Shown in pieces: positions 1-10,476 of a DNA stretch of 20,000 bases. The notes below the pieces were generated by a model that did not search any database, was not told the DNA's origin, and saw only the letters and a program-made list of their open reading frames with translations. The DNA comes from Pseudogymnoascus verrucosus. Taxonomy: Eukaryota. The stretch lies in the NCBI GenBank assembly GCA_001662655.1, contig KV460291.1. One strand, written 5' to 3'. Made by a program: the position numbers and the translations under genes. Position 1 is the first letter of the stretch; each line of letters begins with the position of its first letter.

Positions 1-833
1 CGGTCTATTTGGCCTGGTATTGTCGTGATAATCCTTTGGATGTCTAGGACGACTTGAAACACTTTGATATTTGTCTGCCTGTGACAAGTCAATCGATGGC
101 TATGGGCTTTAGCTAACTGAGGGAACTGACATCACCTTGGTCGTCATTACCAACAACTTCTTCCCCTCCTCAAGTGCACTTTTCAATAGTTAGCGTACAT
201 TTTCTGCAATATAAAGCCAGGAGGGATTATACTTCTGGATGCTTTCGGCTATGCTTGATAGACGCTGCATACACCCAAAATACGAATCCTGAACCCTTCC
301 AACGATGCTCTGGGCTTGTTGTTCGTGGCGTTTCTCATGTAGGGTTGCCGAAGCCCTGTTTTGAGGAAATTAGCCATGGATCTATTTGTCAACCTGGAAA
401 CTCGTTCGTACATTTGCATCGCCATAAGCAGCAATTGGATAGACTCCGTGTGTCCAACTAAATCGGCCTTAAATCTCGCCACATCCTCTTTCTTACACAT
501 CGCCCATTGGATTTTCATCCAGCCATCCTTCAGCCTTGAACTAGAACCTCCAGCTCTCAGATGAGGCTGGTACTTCTGTACTTTCTTCCAGAAGCTGTCG
601 ATCGTCAGCTGACACTGCGCCGCTGCTTGCTGAAGCGAAACAAGCTCAGCATTCTGTGCTGGATCGACTTCAAGTCTTTTTACGCTAATGAGAGCCGTTT
701 CAAGTGAGTATAGTTGTCGTATAATTTCTCGATACTCCGAGCTGGCACCTCCGCTCTCGCGCAGGGCGTCGATGACTGTAGCGACAAGCTCAAGAGCTGT
801 GATGAAATCACCAACTGAGAACCCGAAACTCAT
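1..833 (-). CDS. Partial gene (3' end runs off the window): fungal HeLo-like/SesA STAND N-terminal domain protein, probably followed by a fungal ubiquitin-like domain. Exons 833-412, 355-233, 178-131, 78-<1
   Basis: Starts MSFGFSVGDFITALELV...GGASSEYREIIRQLYSLETAL...WMKIQWAMCKKEDVARFKADL, typical of the fungal STAND N-terminal helical domain. Three GT-AG introns (411-356, 232-179, 130-79) keep the frame open to ...TNIKVFQVVLDIQRIITTIPGQID at the window edge. The C-terminal domain is inferred, not seen. Confidence 0.75.
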
Positions 834-1228
834 AGTTATCTCAGGGGGTATCGTACTAGATTCATCGAGTTTGTCAGTATGATGTCGTTGTCGAAAAGAT
901 TTGGGGGCGGATCTGCACCTTGATGAGGCTGAGCACAACTGTACTATGCATTGATTAATTAGTCCTTACGTACAACAGTATGCATATGCAGCCACAAGCA
1001 GTAGGGTAAATCGCCAACATGTATTTTATAGTAGTAGTAAATGTTTAGTTCGTAGGTTTTAATGATGGTGAATAATAATCGCAGCTTTGTATTTGGTATG
1101 ATATTGTCTGAAAAATCAACTGTTCAAGCCCAGAAGAAATGATGTATATCTGTTTGCTACCCCCCACGCGCCATTCAATATGCATAATGATGATATATAA
1201 AACGCCGTTCCAATGCCGCCAAACTAAA

Positions 1229-4177
1229 TCACCAAATGCGCTTAGCAACCATTTCGTATCTCGTAACCTTGTCAAAATCCGTCTGTTGCTTCGCCTGTTC
1301 AGCCCATTTCTTTTCCCTATCTTTCAGCTGTTTAGCGCCCTCCGGGTCATCTTCATATATGATATTCCTCTTCTCTTCCCCCAGCTCCACCATGCCGAGC
1401 CCGCCCAACCGCTTGCCTTTCGTGTCCAGGCCCATATTCTCGCGTATATTCATGGTCTCGTAGCGGCGGCGAGAATATCGAAGTAAGAGCATCCCGAGAA
1501 CAAGTTTGCAACTTAGAAGCGCGAGGAAGGCTCCGAGGAAGAAAGCTGCCATGGCAATGAATGAAATAATATCGTCAGAGTCAAAGAACTGCCACGTCCG
1601 TTCCACTGATGCGCCGGTGACATATGTCGACCGGCCTAGAGCTTTGCGAATAAGTATATCGAGGTGCTCCATTGCAGCCGTTGTTGCGGGTGAAGCAGTA
1701 GCCTCAGATTCAAGGGATATTGACGTCGCGGTAGATGCCAGTGGTGGTGGGAAATGAGTGGCGACGAACATGTGGTAAGTCTGGACAGACGCGCGGATAA
1801 AGAGGCAAGACAGTGGGATAACTGGGAGGCCGAGCCGTTTCGTGAGATTTTGGTTAACAAATGCGTTGGTATAGTAGTCCTTTGAGAGGATATCAAGAAA
1901 CTTCTTGTAGATAACAGGCTTGACATTGTTGAATTTTCCGACATAGCAGTGTTTGATCCAGTCGACGAGAACTTCGCTGCCGAGAACGAGAAGGAATGGT
2001 GAGAGAACCTCTCCAGACCAACTTGGGATGATCTTGAAGCTGTTTGGGATAATGGAACTGCGGAGTGGAATCGTGGCATTTCGCAACGTATCTGCAGCCC
2101 CATTGGCGGACTGTGGATTGCTGAGGATACTGAGCCCGCCAACTTCGACAATGTTTCGAAGTCCGATAATGATAAGCATCAGCCATAGCTGAAAGCGCTC
2201 CACAACGTCGGCACAAAAAAGCTGAAAGAGATTTTGCTTCTCAACTCGCTTGAAGACCGTCCCTTTGATTTCCACAAACTGGTTGCTGAGAAGCAGTGTG
2301 AATAAAGAGTTAGAGTAGGAATTCACGGCCACATTTAGGGTGATGACTTGGTAGAACAGTGCGGTGGCATGTATGACATTGTACACCAACGTCAAAACGA
2401 ACATCCCTAGCGGTTGAAGAAGCTTGGATCGACCATCCAATCCTCGCTCCAATGTCTCATCACACACCAGGCATTCAAGAATATCTTGTCCAACAGCAGC
2501 GAGCAACCGGTCGCCAACCTAAAGATATTTAGTTCAATCCGCAACCATATGATTCGAATAGCTTACCTCCAAAACGTTGTATATAACATACAATTTCATA
2601 GCTGCCTGCCCTCTGATGCTATGATACATGCGGCTAGCATCTAGTTGCATCAAAATGATACAGCTAAAGATAATAACTAGCCCCTGAAGAATATCGGCCT
2701 TATGATACGGTGATAATGTCGACGGAACAGATCTGGTTCTTCTGTGCCTTCTGCCCCATTCAAGCTTCGTCCTTTTCTCTCCAGAGCGACGGCCTTCCGT
2801 CTCCAGGCCACTGGCGCCGCTAGTATCGGAAAACCTCCCATTTTCACGAGGTCTTGGCGACAATATCTGCGACTGAACGCCGTCCTGACCGCCTTGAATC
2901 GGGGGCGCATGAGGGATATCAGCGCTGGAGCTATAGCCTCTGCGGCGATGCCACAGCCGCGGTGATCCATGATAAATAAACAATGCCACGAAGCGCGCCT
3001 CTGCCGCCAGCGACTTGGCCCACCAAGATACCAAAATACCAATGGCTTTTATGAAACGCAGAGGAAGAATTGTGAATGTATAAAGCCAGGCATCAAGGCA
3101 TGCCAACGTTCCAAACAGAAGAGCAGGTTCTAAACACAAAGGTACAAGTAGAAAGTTCAAAAGCCGTTCAAACTTAACCTTTGCTGACTCGTAGGGGTAT
3201 TCCTGGCCACGAGACCGATGTATATATAACGGCGATGGCCGGGATGACGCTAGTTCTAATTCGAGGTATGTGCTCAACAGCGGAGGGAGAGGGATCTCTT
3301 CGCTGGTCTGCGGTAGCGCGGACTCAGAGGGTAACGGTGTTACTCGTGGGCGTCCATTGCTAGCCGATAACTTGACGGAGGTATTTGGATCAAACCCATC
3401 GGATCCCCGCATCGAAGGGGTTTGTCTTCGCACCGGTGACATATTCCTCGAGCTTCTTTCTTGCCAGTTTTCACGGCGGCCAACTTGTGGGCTAGAAATC
3501 ACACGGGAACTTGTGCCGGGGCGTTGGCTTCCAGACGAGAATCCCGATGTGCGAGCAGATGGTGATCGGATTTGCTTAGATTCGAAATCTTCGAATGTCA
3601 ATGGATTTTGAAGGGTTGTCCCTCTTTTTCTGGAATCCGGTTGCATAGAAGCTGGTAAAGGAAGCGATTCAGGCTGAGATATCAAGTTCTCAATTTCAGA
3701 GGATGACAGTTTCCGGACTCCTTCATTGGCCGTATCGTTGGCCGTGGAGGCATCTCTTTGTTTCTTGACCGTTTCGCCCTGGGCTTTGGGCAGTTTTGGA
3801 CTCCGCAATGCCGCAGCGTCATTGACTGGTGGGATGGGAGCTTCTAAATAAGAATCATCCTTCCATACATTATGTAGAGCGGGCGTCGGTAACCGGCTGA
3901 CAATATTGTTGCTTCGCTCTTTGCCGAAACCTCCATCGAATTCGGTCTCTGGCGTCGCTGGCGAAATGAGGGACGGCGACGTGCTTCTTGGTGACGGAGA
4001 AGGTGACGGCGAAGGAAGCTGGTGACCTTCTAGAGCTTGGTCGCGCTGCTGGGGATTCGATGTGAGGTATTCCCCTCTCAAGTCGTTATTTCGAGCGGTG
4101 GTTTCGGCATGATTCATCGATTCCATCAGTCGGCTTAATTCCTCCCCGCAGTCTGTGGCTGGGATATTAACAGGCAT
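1229..4177 (-). CDS. EMP65: TAPT1/Emp65 (DUF747) family ER membrane protein. Exons 4177-2567, 2518-1229
   Basis: Family motifs LDASRMYHSIRGQAAMKLYVIYNVLEV-GDRLLAAVGQD, LNVAVNSYSNSLFTLLLSNQFVEIKGTVFKR, VDWIKHCYVGKFN and C-terminal RYEMVAKRIW. A 48-nt GT-AG intron (2566-2519) joins the two ORFs in frame. Confidence 0.92.
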
Positions 4178-4632
4178 GGCGCTCTATGAGCGGTACACAA
4201 TAGGTGGCCACATCTATGGCCTTTAAGCAAGGGATATAAGTATACAGGCGTGCTCCGTTGAAACGTAGGTCGTGGACGAGGCTGAGAGATGTTGATGATG
4301 AAATGTGGTGTCTGGTGGCACTCCACTTTGTAGACAAGGTAGCCTCGCCTCGCTCGGCCCGCCCCCAGTATTATTTTTAGCGGATGTTAAACAGCGCAAC
4401 GAACCTAACAAAACTATACAATATTATGAGAGGTGCTATCCATTATCGAGAACTCAGATTTAAATTGAGCAAGCCAGAATCAAGTGACTCTCTTTTAAAA
4501 GAGTGATCCGGCTACATTTATTTAATTCATCATTTCTTATCAAGTCTGTCTATGAAGAGGATATACGCGATAGTCATCTAGCTTGGGTCACCGCGAACGG
4601 TTCCCATATTCATGTTCATTCATCTCTCCCTC

Positions 4633-7600
4633 CTATTCGCTGTCTGAAATAACAATCGGCTCTTTGCTTGCCCAGCCGTCATCCGGTTTGGTATCTTTCA
4701 TTTCAACATCATCATCGAACCCCTCAAACTCATCACTATCGCCAGGATCTACTGCTGGAAACGTTTCTTCGCCATTTGCTGCTTTTTCAGATTCCCATTG
4801 GGCGTAGAGAGCATTGAAAAGCTCCTTTCCAAGAGCCCTTCCGTGTTGCAGAGAGACAGCATTGCCAATCTGCTTGTACATGGCACTTGGAGGCTGGGTG
4901 TTGGGATCCCATGTAAACGTGTCCAGAAACCCTTGGGCCCTGGCAAACTCTCTGACCGTAAGAATTCGGCGTTGGGTTGGATGTAAGATCTGCAATAATT
5001 ATATTAGTCCGCTGAAAGTACGGGATCAACCAGTTAAGGATTGTATTTACCTTGCCATTCTCGCCGCCTGGGTCAACGTTTGTCAGGCAAGTCTGAAATT
5101 GCTCTTTAAAGTCCAACCGATAATAGCGATTCGGGTAGAAGTTACTCTTTGAAGCTCTTTTATTACGCAAGCATGCCATATCGTGCTCAAGGGGCAAATC
5201 GTTATGGTTTGCTTGCGGTCTCATTGGAATACGGGCGAGCCGCAACATTGTCTGAGAGCCCCATTGGCGAGTAACGTGGTTCTTGACAATATCCCCCTTG
5301 ACATAACGGCGTACTTCTCGTTGAAATTCTGCAATCGGTCCATAGGCGTACACAGCTCTGTTATCCCCAATTGGCGCCTTTCCATCTGAAGGCACCTCAA
5401 TTGTTGGTATCCCCAATTCCCGTTGGCGTCGAGCTTGACGGTCTTCGCCAGGCACTTTAATTCTCCAATCAAAAGCTGGCAAGTCGAAAATTGCATCTCC
5501 AACTGTGACTGGATTATGAGGCGCAGTTCTTCCCATGGTGAACGTATTGGTTGGAGCTGAAAGACCTTTGCAAACATGGGTTGGCTGCGGATATAAAGGC
5601 AATTTACGGCCCAACAAGGCACCCCAGAAAAATACTCGTCGCCGGGATTGGGGCGCGCCATGTTCTGCGGCTTGCAGCATATGAAACTGAGCTGAGTAAC
5701 CCAGAGATGTAAGTGCTCGGAGAATGAACTTCACGCTACCTTGTTGGATGCCCCCCTGGACACCGGGGCCGGACTTTTTCTGGGTACTACCCAGTCGATG
5801 TTGTAGTAGCCCACGGACATTCTCCAGCAGGAAGTATTTCGGTCCATAGTGGTCCACATAGGATAAGAATGTCGTCAGTAATGAATTCTTGATCGAATTT
5901 GCCTTGGGACATCGATTGCACCCTGAGAAATCCTGGCAAGGTGGACCACCGTACAAGAAGTCACTGGGAAATGTTAGAAACATCTCCTCTGGCAATAATA
6001 CATATCGACCCCCTCTAGGTTACTGGTAACTCACATATCGCCACGTTTGGGCATAGGGGGCATCGGCTTTCCCTGGAGGTCTTTCATGACGCCAGTTGCT
6101 GTTCCTCGTTCTTCCTGGATAGCTCTCTGTAGCAACGTGTTCGCATTCTCATTGTATACTTTCATACGTGGAAAGTTTCTCTTGAGAGTTCGACTGGCAT
6201 CGATATCCCATTCAATGCCGTAAAGTGTCTCCACAGCGCCACCTTCATGCAGCCCAGAAGAGAGGCCGCCACAACCGGCAAACACATCCATCGCTCGGAG
6301 CTTGAGGCCAGCTTTTGAGAATGCCTCCTGTCGCTTCTCCTCCGTTCCAACCATTACGTTTCCGTCGACGGAATCATGAAAATCCTCAGCATTAAGCGGC
6401 TGAAGGTCTTCGATATCAAATGCTCTTCTCGTCGTTGTTCCATCGAAACAATCAGGCTCTCTGTCGGTCACATAGAATGTATCTTCCAGGTCCTTATATT
6501 TCGCGAGATTATTAACTCTGCTTGGATGCACAACTTGGCACTTTCCAAGCAGCTTATCGTCGACGTCGATCGTTTTCCTCCTATTAGTGAGATACAGTCT
6601 GCGACTGTCCCGAATGGCGTGTTTTTCGCCACTCTTGAATTCAGTCCGATAATCGCTGTTGAAGTCATCATACCTTCTGAGTATCTGTATGGTGATATGG
6701 ATACCTTGCACTGAGTCTCGAAGTTTAGAAGGATCTTTCACAGCCCAATTAAATCCCCCTGTGCATTTGATGTGAATGATTTGACCGATCGTATGAGGCT
6801 CGTCGGACGCCCTTGGGAGCATATAGACACAATCATTGAGCTTGTATTCAATACCGTCGTGTGAGAAGCTGGTTGCTGAGCGGTCTTCGTCGATTGTGCC
6901 TGTTACCCTCGTAGAGAGCTCATGTTGTATCTCTTCGCGTCTGGCGCAGCAGAAGCAAAGTTGAGAGTGCTCTGTGCCTGCAAGCTTGATATTTTCTTCG
7001 TGGAAACTAGCATCTTCAAATCTTACGGGCGTGGTTTCGTCATCATCATAGAAGAATCGATAGAAATAGCAGTTTGGCTTCTTAAAATGGTCGCTTTCTT
7101 CTGAAGGACCAATTTGAGTGCATCTCTCCACATTTACTTTGCCAGCAATTGTGCTCTGTAAGGTTATCAGTGGGGTCCACGAATATACACGTGCCCTCTG
7201 AAAAACTCACCATATCAATATCATCGCAGCGGTCGAGTAGGAATAGCTCTTTTGGGCCGGCAGTTTCATCAAGAAATGTGTCACCTCCATGAGAAAACCA
7301 TCGGACATGAGCCATGGGGTCCCCACTCTTATTGGCGAATATGTTGACAATTCGTGCAAACCAGACCCTCGCAGCTGTCTCCTTAATATTCTGTTTCAGT
7401 TTGCCGTTGGCAGTGAGGTGATCTCGATCATCAATCCCTGCACTGTTTGAGACTTAACAACCATATTGACCTGCCGAGAGGAAGTATATCTTACCGCACC
7501 GTAATACAATCCCCGGGGAGAAACCGATCTTTGTCAATGAAAGCAGCTCCATAAAACTTCGATAGTTTCTTGTCAACCCACTTAACTGGGGGTATCAGCT

Positions 7601-8601
7601 CGACTTTGTCAGTATAATCCCTCCCCGTCCAGCCTTGTTCCCGTAGCTTGTCTCTATTGACGGTCATATCAATAAGACCACCCAACTTGCCTTTCTGAAC
7701 GTATGATTCCATGAGACCTCCTTTCTGATTCAGAGCATCATCTCCATTGCAAACCAGTAGCGTCTTCACATATAATCCGCCAACCAATCTTCCGATCCAT
7801 CTGGTCACGGTTGTATGTTCGGTGGCTTTGTCATCTCCTGAAGGGCGCTGGTGGGGTGCACGAACCCTTGATACTCTCGGCGTTCGGACACGAACGAATG
7901 GCTCATCGTCATCCTCTAAAGAACTGTTCTCCGAGGAATTTTCGTAACCAAGTATATTAGACTTTCCCTCACCTCGGTAGTGTTCGCCATCTGAGCTGTC
8001 ATCGTCGATGACTATCGGGCTTCGAACACCTGGGGGTTCTCCATTCAGATTCTCCGTACTTCCATTATGTCCAATGGTTGCACTACTTGCACTTGGAGCT
8101 AAACCGGGGTCGGAATCGAGTGTTCTTGTGGGCAAACGGTTTTTCGAAGGGCATGGGTCATATCCATTTCTGAGTTCGTATACTTTTCGAAGCGTAACCC
8201 TCTCATTCCAGCCAGAACCTTTGAGGATGTTGACCAACTCATCTGAATTGATCAGTCAATTATATAATAGACTTTGTGGGTGCTCACATACCTGGTTTCA
8301 AGTCTGGATGAATGCTGAAAAACAGCTGAAAACGCTCTCGAATGCCGTCGTCGGTGACTGTCTCCATTCCATCATCGGCAACATCTTCCATCCCATCATC
8401 GGCAACAGTTTCCATATAATCATCAGTGGCATCTCCCATGCCCTCATCAGAGACAGCTTCCATGCCATCGGCGTCCACAATCTCCATGTCATCATCACAG
8501 GTGATATATCCCTTGGATATTACGATATATTCTCTCTCGTCAAGGAGAGCCTCTTCAAAGCCACCCATAGACTCTGCATCTTCTTCCGTGGCAGGTTCCA
8601 T
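4633..8601 (-). CDS. DNMT1: DNA (cytosine-5)-methyltransferase, DNMT1/Masc2-type, with tandem BAH domains and a C-terminal catalytic domain; 1226 aa. Exons 8601-8292, 8242-7495, 7442-7211, 7155-6035, 5963-5051, 4989-4633
   Basis: Motif I DVFAGCGG, IV GGPPCQ, VI LLENV, VIII QSRRR, IX LTVREFARAQGF and X YKQIGNAV are all present. BAH1 reads [30 protein letters not shown]. Five GT-AG introns (8291-8243, 7494-7443, 7210-7156, 6034-5964, 5050-4990) give a continuous 3681-nt frame. The start codon is the least certain part. Confidence 0.9.
8347..8496 (-). repeat. Degenerate 24-bp coding tandem repeat, about 6 copies, encoding DDGMEXVX-like acidic octapeptides in DNMT1 exon 1
   Basis: Plus-strand units: gtcgtcggtgactgtctccattcc / atcatcggcaacatcttccatccc / atcatcggcaacagtttccatata / atcatcagtggcatctcccatgcc / ctcatcagagacagcttccatgcc / atcggcgtccacaatctccatgtc / atcatc. 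Confidence 0.85.
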
Positions 8602-9015
8602 CCCAGTTTTATGAGGGAGCCTCCGTCACTCTGTCGGGTTCGTCGCTAGGCCTAGTGGACTCTTATCAACATAAAGTTGGATTGTTCGTTGTAGAGACCG
8701 TGTGTGCTCGGATCCAAAGTGCGAAATCCAAAATCCGAAAGTCGAAATTCCGCTATGGAAAGGGGGTAGGGTGAAGTTATCTGAAAAAGTGAAGCTCTAA
8801 CAAAGGTAGCTGCGGGCCAAGAAAACTATAGAAAAGATCTAGAAATGGTGTGCAACTATCCGAATTTGCTTTTTATCAGCATAAAGCGAAAGGTGATTAT
8901 CTGGCAAACATTGGAGGTGATGTAAGATAAACGTGGATTAAAAGGGACGGCGACAAGGAGTGGTTGTAAGTCTATGTCTGTTCCAAGTGAATTTGAGTGT
9001 TGACAACACCGCGTT

Positions 9016-9027
9016 GGGGGGGGGGGG
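9016..9027 (+). repeat. G12 homopolymer between the MED7 stop and the DNMT1 start
   Basis: Twelve consecutive G seen directly. Confidence 0.9.
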
Positions 9028-9233
9028 TAAAAGCACAATAAACACAAATCTTCTTCGGTATAATTCCGTTACAACAGTCACCTACAAAATTGATTCCAAA
9101 ACGAAAGGAGTCCTTCCAAGTAGACGAAGACAAAAAAATTCAGGAATAGACAGGCAAAACTATAGAGAATTGTTATTATCTTATTCATGTGAGAGTGTCA
9201 AAGACCACTCTGGGGTCGTTAAGGGCAGGATTA

Positions 9234-10068
9234 TTAGGATTTTCCAGGCTCAACTAAGCCATACTCGCGGTGTAGCTCATCCCATACATCCTTCGCACCA
9301 TCATACTCTTCAAGATCCTTCTTGATGTCTTTATACTCCTCAGCTTCTTCTGGGGCAATGTTCACTTGACCCAAGCCCGCCAGGATCCCTTCCACCTTTG
9401 TTTTCATATTTTCAATGCCGTTCGTTTCTGCCTTTGACCTTGCTAATTGAGCCTCCATCATTAATATCAGACTCTCTCTCGCCTGATGAGGCCTATATTC
9501 GTTCAATAAGTGGTGGAAGTTTATGAATAGTGTCCGTAAATCTTGAATCTTCTCTGCATATTGTTCAGGGTTGACGCTCATGATGCCCATGAGTTCAAGA
9601 AAGTTCAATAGTAAAGACTTCGCAATTCGTTTTAAGATCAACGTGCGATCTGAATGTGATTGTGGGTCTGATCCTGCGCCAGAGCCTGATGGGGTGGCAG
9701 GAGGGGAGTAGAGTTGTTCTATTCCTTGCTCGGTAAGGGACGGTAGGATGTCGTTCAACTGGTAGAATATTAGTTTAACATTCTCCATATCACCAAACAG
9801 CAGCTAGGCATAGGAAACCACATACATTGTAAAGGTCGCCAAAGCTCCTGTACGTTCCTTCGGCAGGAGGCTCTGGCGGTTGAAGGTATTGGAGATCGCC
9901 TCGCAACTCAGGTTCTTTGGGTGAATCATCTTTTTGGCTTGAGTCGGACTCCCTCCCAGCGCGTAATATGGCTACACGGGCGAGGTTTTCTTCGGTGAAG
10001 TGCTGGTAAAACGGAGGTGGGCTTGGAAAGGCCGATGCCTGAACATTCCCTTGTTGTTGGTCTGCCAT
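9234..10068 (-). CDS. MED7: Mediator complex subunit 7; 255 aa. Exons 10068-9826, 9758-9234
   Basis: SAFPSPPPFYQHFTEEN, YLQPPEPP..GTYRSFG, LPSLTEQGIEQLY, SLLLNFLEL and NFHHLLNEYRPHQARESLI are Med7 signatures. There is a 67-nt GT-AG intron at 9825-9759. Confidence 0.95.
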
Positions 10069-10476
10069 TGAGACAGCACACGCGGCACAGCCGCTCAGAA
10101 CCAGGCAAGGTTGTTAATCGAGATATCCAGTATTTATTTCATCGCGTCGTGGTCTATCGTTGGAGCTTTTTGCGATAGGTCCTGCGGTTAAAACGTTGCG
10201 ACGCGGTAGTTGAGGAGTGAGGAGGGGCGCATACGCGGGATCGGCAGGGAAGGTCAATTTAAAGCTTGGGGTGGAGCAACGCGGCTTTGGTGGCAGGGAT
10301 CGCAGTTCGACCCTGTGGGGTACCACCGCCAGATACGACACACGACAACGTCCGTCAGCAGAGAGTTGAACGCCAAATCTCAGTCGATAAAGGCCACCGC
10401 ATCATGGTGTAAGAGCATAATAACATCTCATCGGTGCCTACAAACTGTACCAACTATCTGGGTTCCAAAAGCGACA

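Noticed and set aside
940..1050. TA-rich spacer with palindrome TGCATATGCA, possibly a RIP-degraded relic
   Set aside because: Too short, with no element features; consistent with an ordinary terminator/promoter spacer.
4490..4503. Perfect 14-bp palindrome CTCTTTTAAAAGAG downstream of DNMT1
   Set aside because: Low complexity, isolated, and not matched at the other flank as a terminal repeat.
4787..5995. Fragmented methyltransferase ORFs suggesting a frameshifted pseudogene or a bacterial restriction-modification gene
   Set aside because: Canonical introns join all fragments into one open frame, and the BAH domains show it is a eukaryotic enzyme.
8008..8649. 213-aa plus-strand ORF with repeated HxIIGN motifs
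   Set aside because: It is the antisense reading of DNMT1 exons 1-2. The periodicity comes from the 24-bp repeat.
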